DNA of 19,830 bases. It comes from a virus. Taxonomy: Duplodnaviria > Heunggongvirae > Uroviricota > Caudoviricetes. Both the position numbers and the translations under genes were made by a program. The notes under the pieces were generated by a model, which was not told the origin of the DNA, did no database searches, and worked only from the letters and a program-made list of their open reading frames with translations. Below are positions 17,940 through 19,830 of this stretch, piece after piece; within the stretch, counting starts at the first letter, position 1, and every line of letters starts with the position of its first letter. The stretch is from the IMG/VR virus record IMGVR_UViG_2537561977_000028; one strand, written 5' to 3'.

Positions 17940-18395
17940 TTATACGCTGACCTTACAATCAATCACCGCTTTTAACTTTTCAGCATTGCTTCCCTGACGC
18001 TTCCACGCGCTGTAAATATCTTTATCCCACGCTTTACCAGCTTTTGTTTGATAGCCTGCTTCATTGATCCGTTCAGCTATCACACGCCCATTATCAAATC
18101 CCTGTCGGATGGTATCGGCAATGATCTTTATAACTGCCGTTTCGTTATATGGCTTTGGTGGGATGTTCGGCTTTCCGGCAATAAGCGACGCAGCGGCTTT
18201 TTCCATGCGCTCCACCAGCCCAAGCATTCGTGAATCAATAGACTTTTCCGGCTGTCCCAGCTTCATGCGAATCGCATCAACAAGCCAGGAGGTTTTATCC
18301 CCTCCAGAAGCGAGAACAGACCGATTAAACTCATCCTGCAATTCAGATGGGATGCGGAACGCGACCAGATTAGATTTGCTCATTGCAAAGACCAT
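17940..18395 (-). CDS. Ribbon-helix-helix (Arc/CopG-like) N-terminal domain protein, 151 aa
   Basis: N-terminus SNLVAFRIPSELQDEFNRSVLASGGDKTSWLVDAIRMKL has the RHH beta-strand/helix pattern. Co-directional with the downstream membrane-protein gene. Confidence 0.55.
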   Translation of the reverse strand: MVFAMSKSNLVAFRIPSELQDEFNRSVLASGGDKTSWLVDAIRMKLGQPEKSIDSRMLGLVERMEKAAASLIAGKPNIPPKPYNETAVIKIIADTIRQGFDNGRVIAERINEAGYQTKAGKAWDKDIYSAWKRQGSNAEKLKAVIDCKVSV

Positions 18396-18497
18396 ATCAG
18401 TGAGTAATATCCATACAGTATACCACTGTATAACACTGTTATACGCTCAAATATCAGCCAGAAAATAACGGACCAATCACAAAGCTATCGCTGTGTT

Positions 18498-18627
18498 GTT
18501 GGTTCAGAGCTGGGCTGTGTTGGTTCAAAATGAGTTGATGTTGGTTCAATATTTCAGAAAAAACACAATAAAAACAACGATATTTACAAATTGAACCAAC
18601 TGAACCAACTGAACCAACTGAACCAAC
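18498..18627. promoter_or_regulatory. Iteron cluster B: 3 spaced GTTGGTTCA, 43-bp AT-rich spacer, 4 tandem TGAACCAAC; inverted copy of cluster A
   Basis: GTTGGTTCA at 18498-18506, 18519-18527, 18540-18548. AT-rich spacer 18549-18591. TGAACCAAC at 18592-18600, 18601-18609, 18610-18618, 18619-18627. Its reverse complement aligns with cluster A. Confidence 0.65.
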
Positions 18628-18663
18628 ACCTTTTTGCTTATCTATATAATCTGAGAGGCAGAA

Positions 18664-18951
18664 ATGATAAGGGACAGGAAAGCTGAAGAGCTGGAGTCAA
18701 AAGGGCTATACCGGAGAGTTGCCGCACGATGGGCAGAAGTCATGATGCTGGCAGATGGCGATAAAGAACGTGAACATGCAGCAAACAGACGCTCTGAATG
18801 TATCCGTAAGGCGGCACGCCCACCAGCAACTACAGACAGATTCGGAGATTTAAGACAGGCAGTTAAGCGGACTCATTCGGCTCTTGGTATGGATGAGGAA
18901 GCGAGAGGGTACTTCAGGCGTTATCGCGATAAAGATTGCCAGAGACAGTAA
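18664..18951 (+). CDS. PerC-family transcriptional regulator-like protein, 95 aa
   Basis: N-terminus MIRDRKAEELESKGLYRRVAARWAEVMM matches my memory of PerC/Pch-family proteins common in P4-like islands. GAGAGG RBS; TATAAT at 18645-18650 just after the iterons. Confidence 0.55.
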   Translation: MIRDRKAEELESKGLYRRVAARWAEVMMLADGDKEREHAANRRSECIRKAARPPATTDRFGDLRQAVKRTHSALGMDEEARGYFRRYRDKDCQRQ

Positions 18952-19419
18952 TGCTCTCTCTGTTTTGGCAAATTACCCCTCACTTTGAAGGGATCGGAGC
19001 TATAAAAATGGTTTTAGGTACATTCCTCAAATTGAGGATTGTGGGAAAACCAATGGGTTAGGCTTTTCCCCCAATGGGGGTTTTCGAAAGAATCAATGGG
19101 TTAGTCCATCGTGCAAATTTGCACCCTGCCAGCCAACGCAATTTCTCGTTGGCGAAAATATCAGGTATTTACTGAACGAACGGTCTACCAGTCTGTTCAG
19201 TTACCAGTTGTACATGGCTGCTTTATGTGCAAATGGTGGTGAGAGAAAATTGTTTGGGGGTACTTTTGGGGGTATCTCCAAATACGCAATGGGGAAATGT
19301 CTTTATATATCAATGTATTTTTATTGTTTGTTTTGTTCCTATTATCGCATTTGTGCCATTGTAACCTTGGCAATTCATCAAAATACTGTTCTGACATCAG
19401 GCAGTGCAGGTGCAGCTAT

Positions 19420-19830
19420 TTAAACCAATTGCTGCTGCCATTCTTTGACGTAGTCAATCAGGGCGCGGAGCTTTGGTGCAATATTGCGACGCTGTGGGAA
19501 ATACAGATAGAAGCCCGGAAATTGTGGAAGAAAGTCATCAAGCAGCGATACAAGCTTACCGCTTTCAATATATGGCCTGAAAGTTTCCTGAGTGGCAATT
19601 GTTATTCCTCCGCCGGCAAGAGCCAGCCTCAACATCAGACGCAGATCATTAGTCGTAATCTGCGGTTCAATCGCAAGGTCGAAAGTTCTCCCGTTTTCTT
19701 CAAATGGCCAGCGATAAGGCGCAACCTCCGGGGACTGACGCCAGCCGATACACTTATGGGTATTTTCCCCGCAGGTGAGAAAGCGCTCTCCACGCCCGGC
19801 CGCAAGGATCAGGACGACGGGGGCAGGCAT
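19420..19830 (-). CDS. LysR-family transcriptional regulator, C-terminal substrate-binding part only (gene continues beyond the window end)
   Basis: Translation ...LRLMLRLALAGGGITIATQETFRPYIESGKLVSLLDDFLPQFPGFYLYFPQRRNIAPKLRALIDYVKEWQQQLV is a typical LysR C-terminus. The N-terminal HTH would lie past 19830. Probably chromosomal flank. Confidence 0.75.
   Translation of the reverse strand: MPAPVVLILAAGRGERFLTCGENTHKCIGWRQSPEVAPYRWPFEENGRTFDLAIEPQITTNDLRLMLRLALAGGGITIATQETFRPYIESGKLVSLLDDFLPQFPGFYLYFPQRRNIAPKLRALIDYVKEWQQQLV

Noticed and set aside
18048-18468. Plus-strand ORFs 18048..18233 and 18064..18468
   Set aside because: Antisense to the RHH-protein gene; no start signals.
19197-19423. 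ORFs 19197..19397 (-) and 19208..19423 (+) in the boundary region
   Set aside because: Mutually overlapping and low-complexity (Cys/Tyr/Phe-rich); no RBS; the region looks non-coding.

Overview
Almost the whole window is one P4-like integrative element (phage-satellite-type genomic island). It starts with its tyrosine integrase at position 1 and ends before a chromosomal LysR-family regulator gene (19420-19830, minus strand, cut by the window edge). Left to right: a frameshifted P4-type integrase; an AlpA regulator; a block of small, translationally coupled plus-strand genes including an AntA-type antirepressor-like protein; an IS911-type insertion sequence (4891-6140, 1250 bp, 3-bp CCA target duplication) that splits one small gene; three unknown genes; a 919-aa P4-alpha-like primase-helicase; an ori-like iteron cluster; a roughly 5 kb cargo operon of four genes ending in a 908-aa protein with an N-terminal lytic transglycosylase (SLT) domain, followed by a lipoprotein gene; a repeat-rich non-coding stretch; a minus-strand RHH-protein / small membrane protein pair; a second iteron cluster that is an inverted copy of the first; and a PerC-family regulator gene. 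The most interesting candidate is the cargo operon, which resembles podovirus virion-internal (ejection) proteins yet sits in an element with no capsid, terminase or tail genes. No rRNA, intact tRNA or CRISPR array was seen. All functional calls come from motif recognition by eye on the supplied translations; no database search or folding was possible, so family names are hypotheses.
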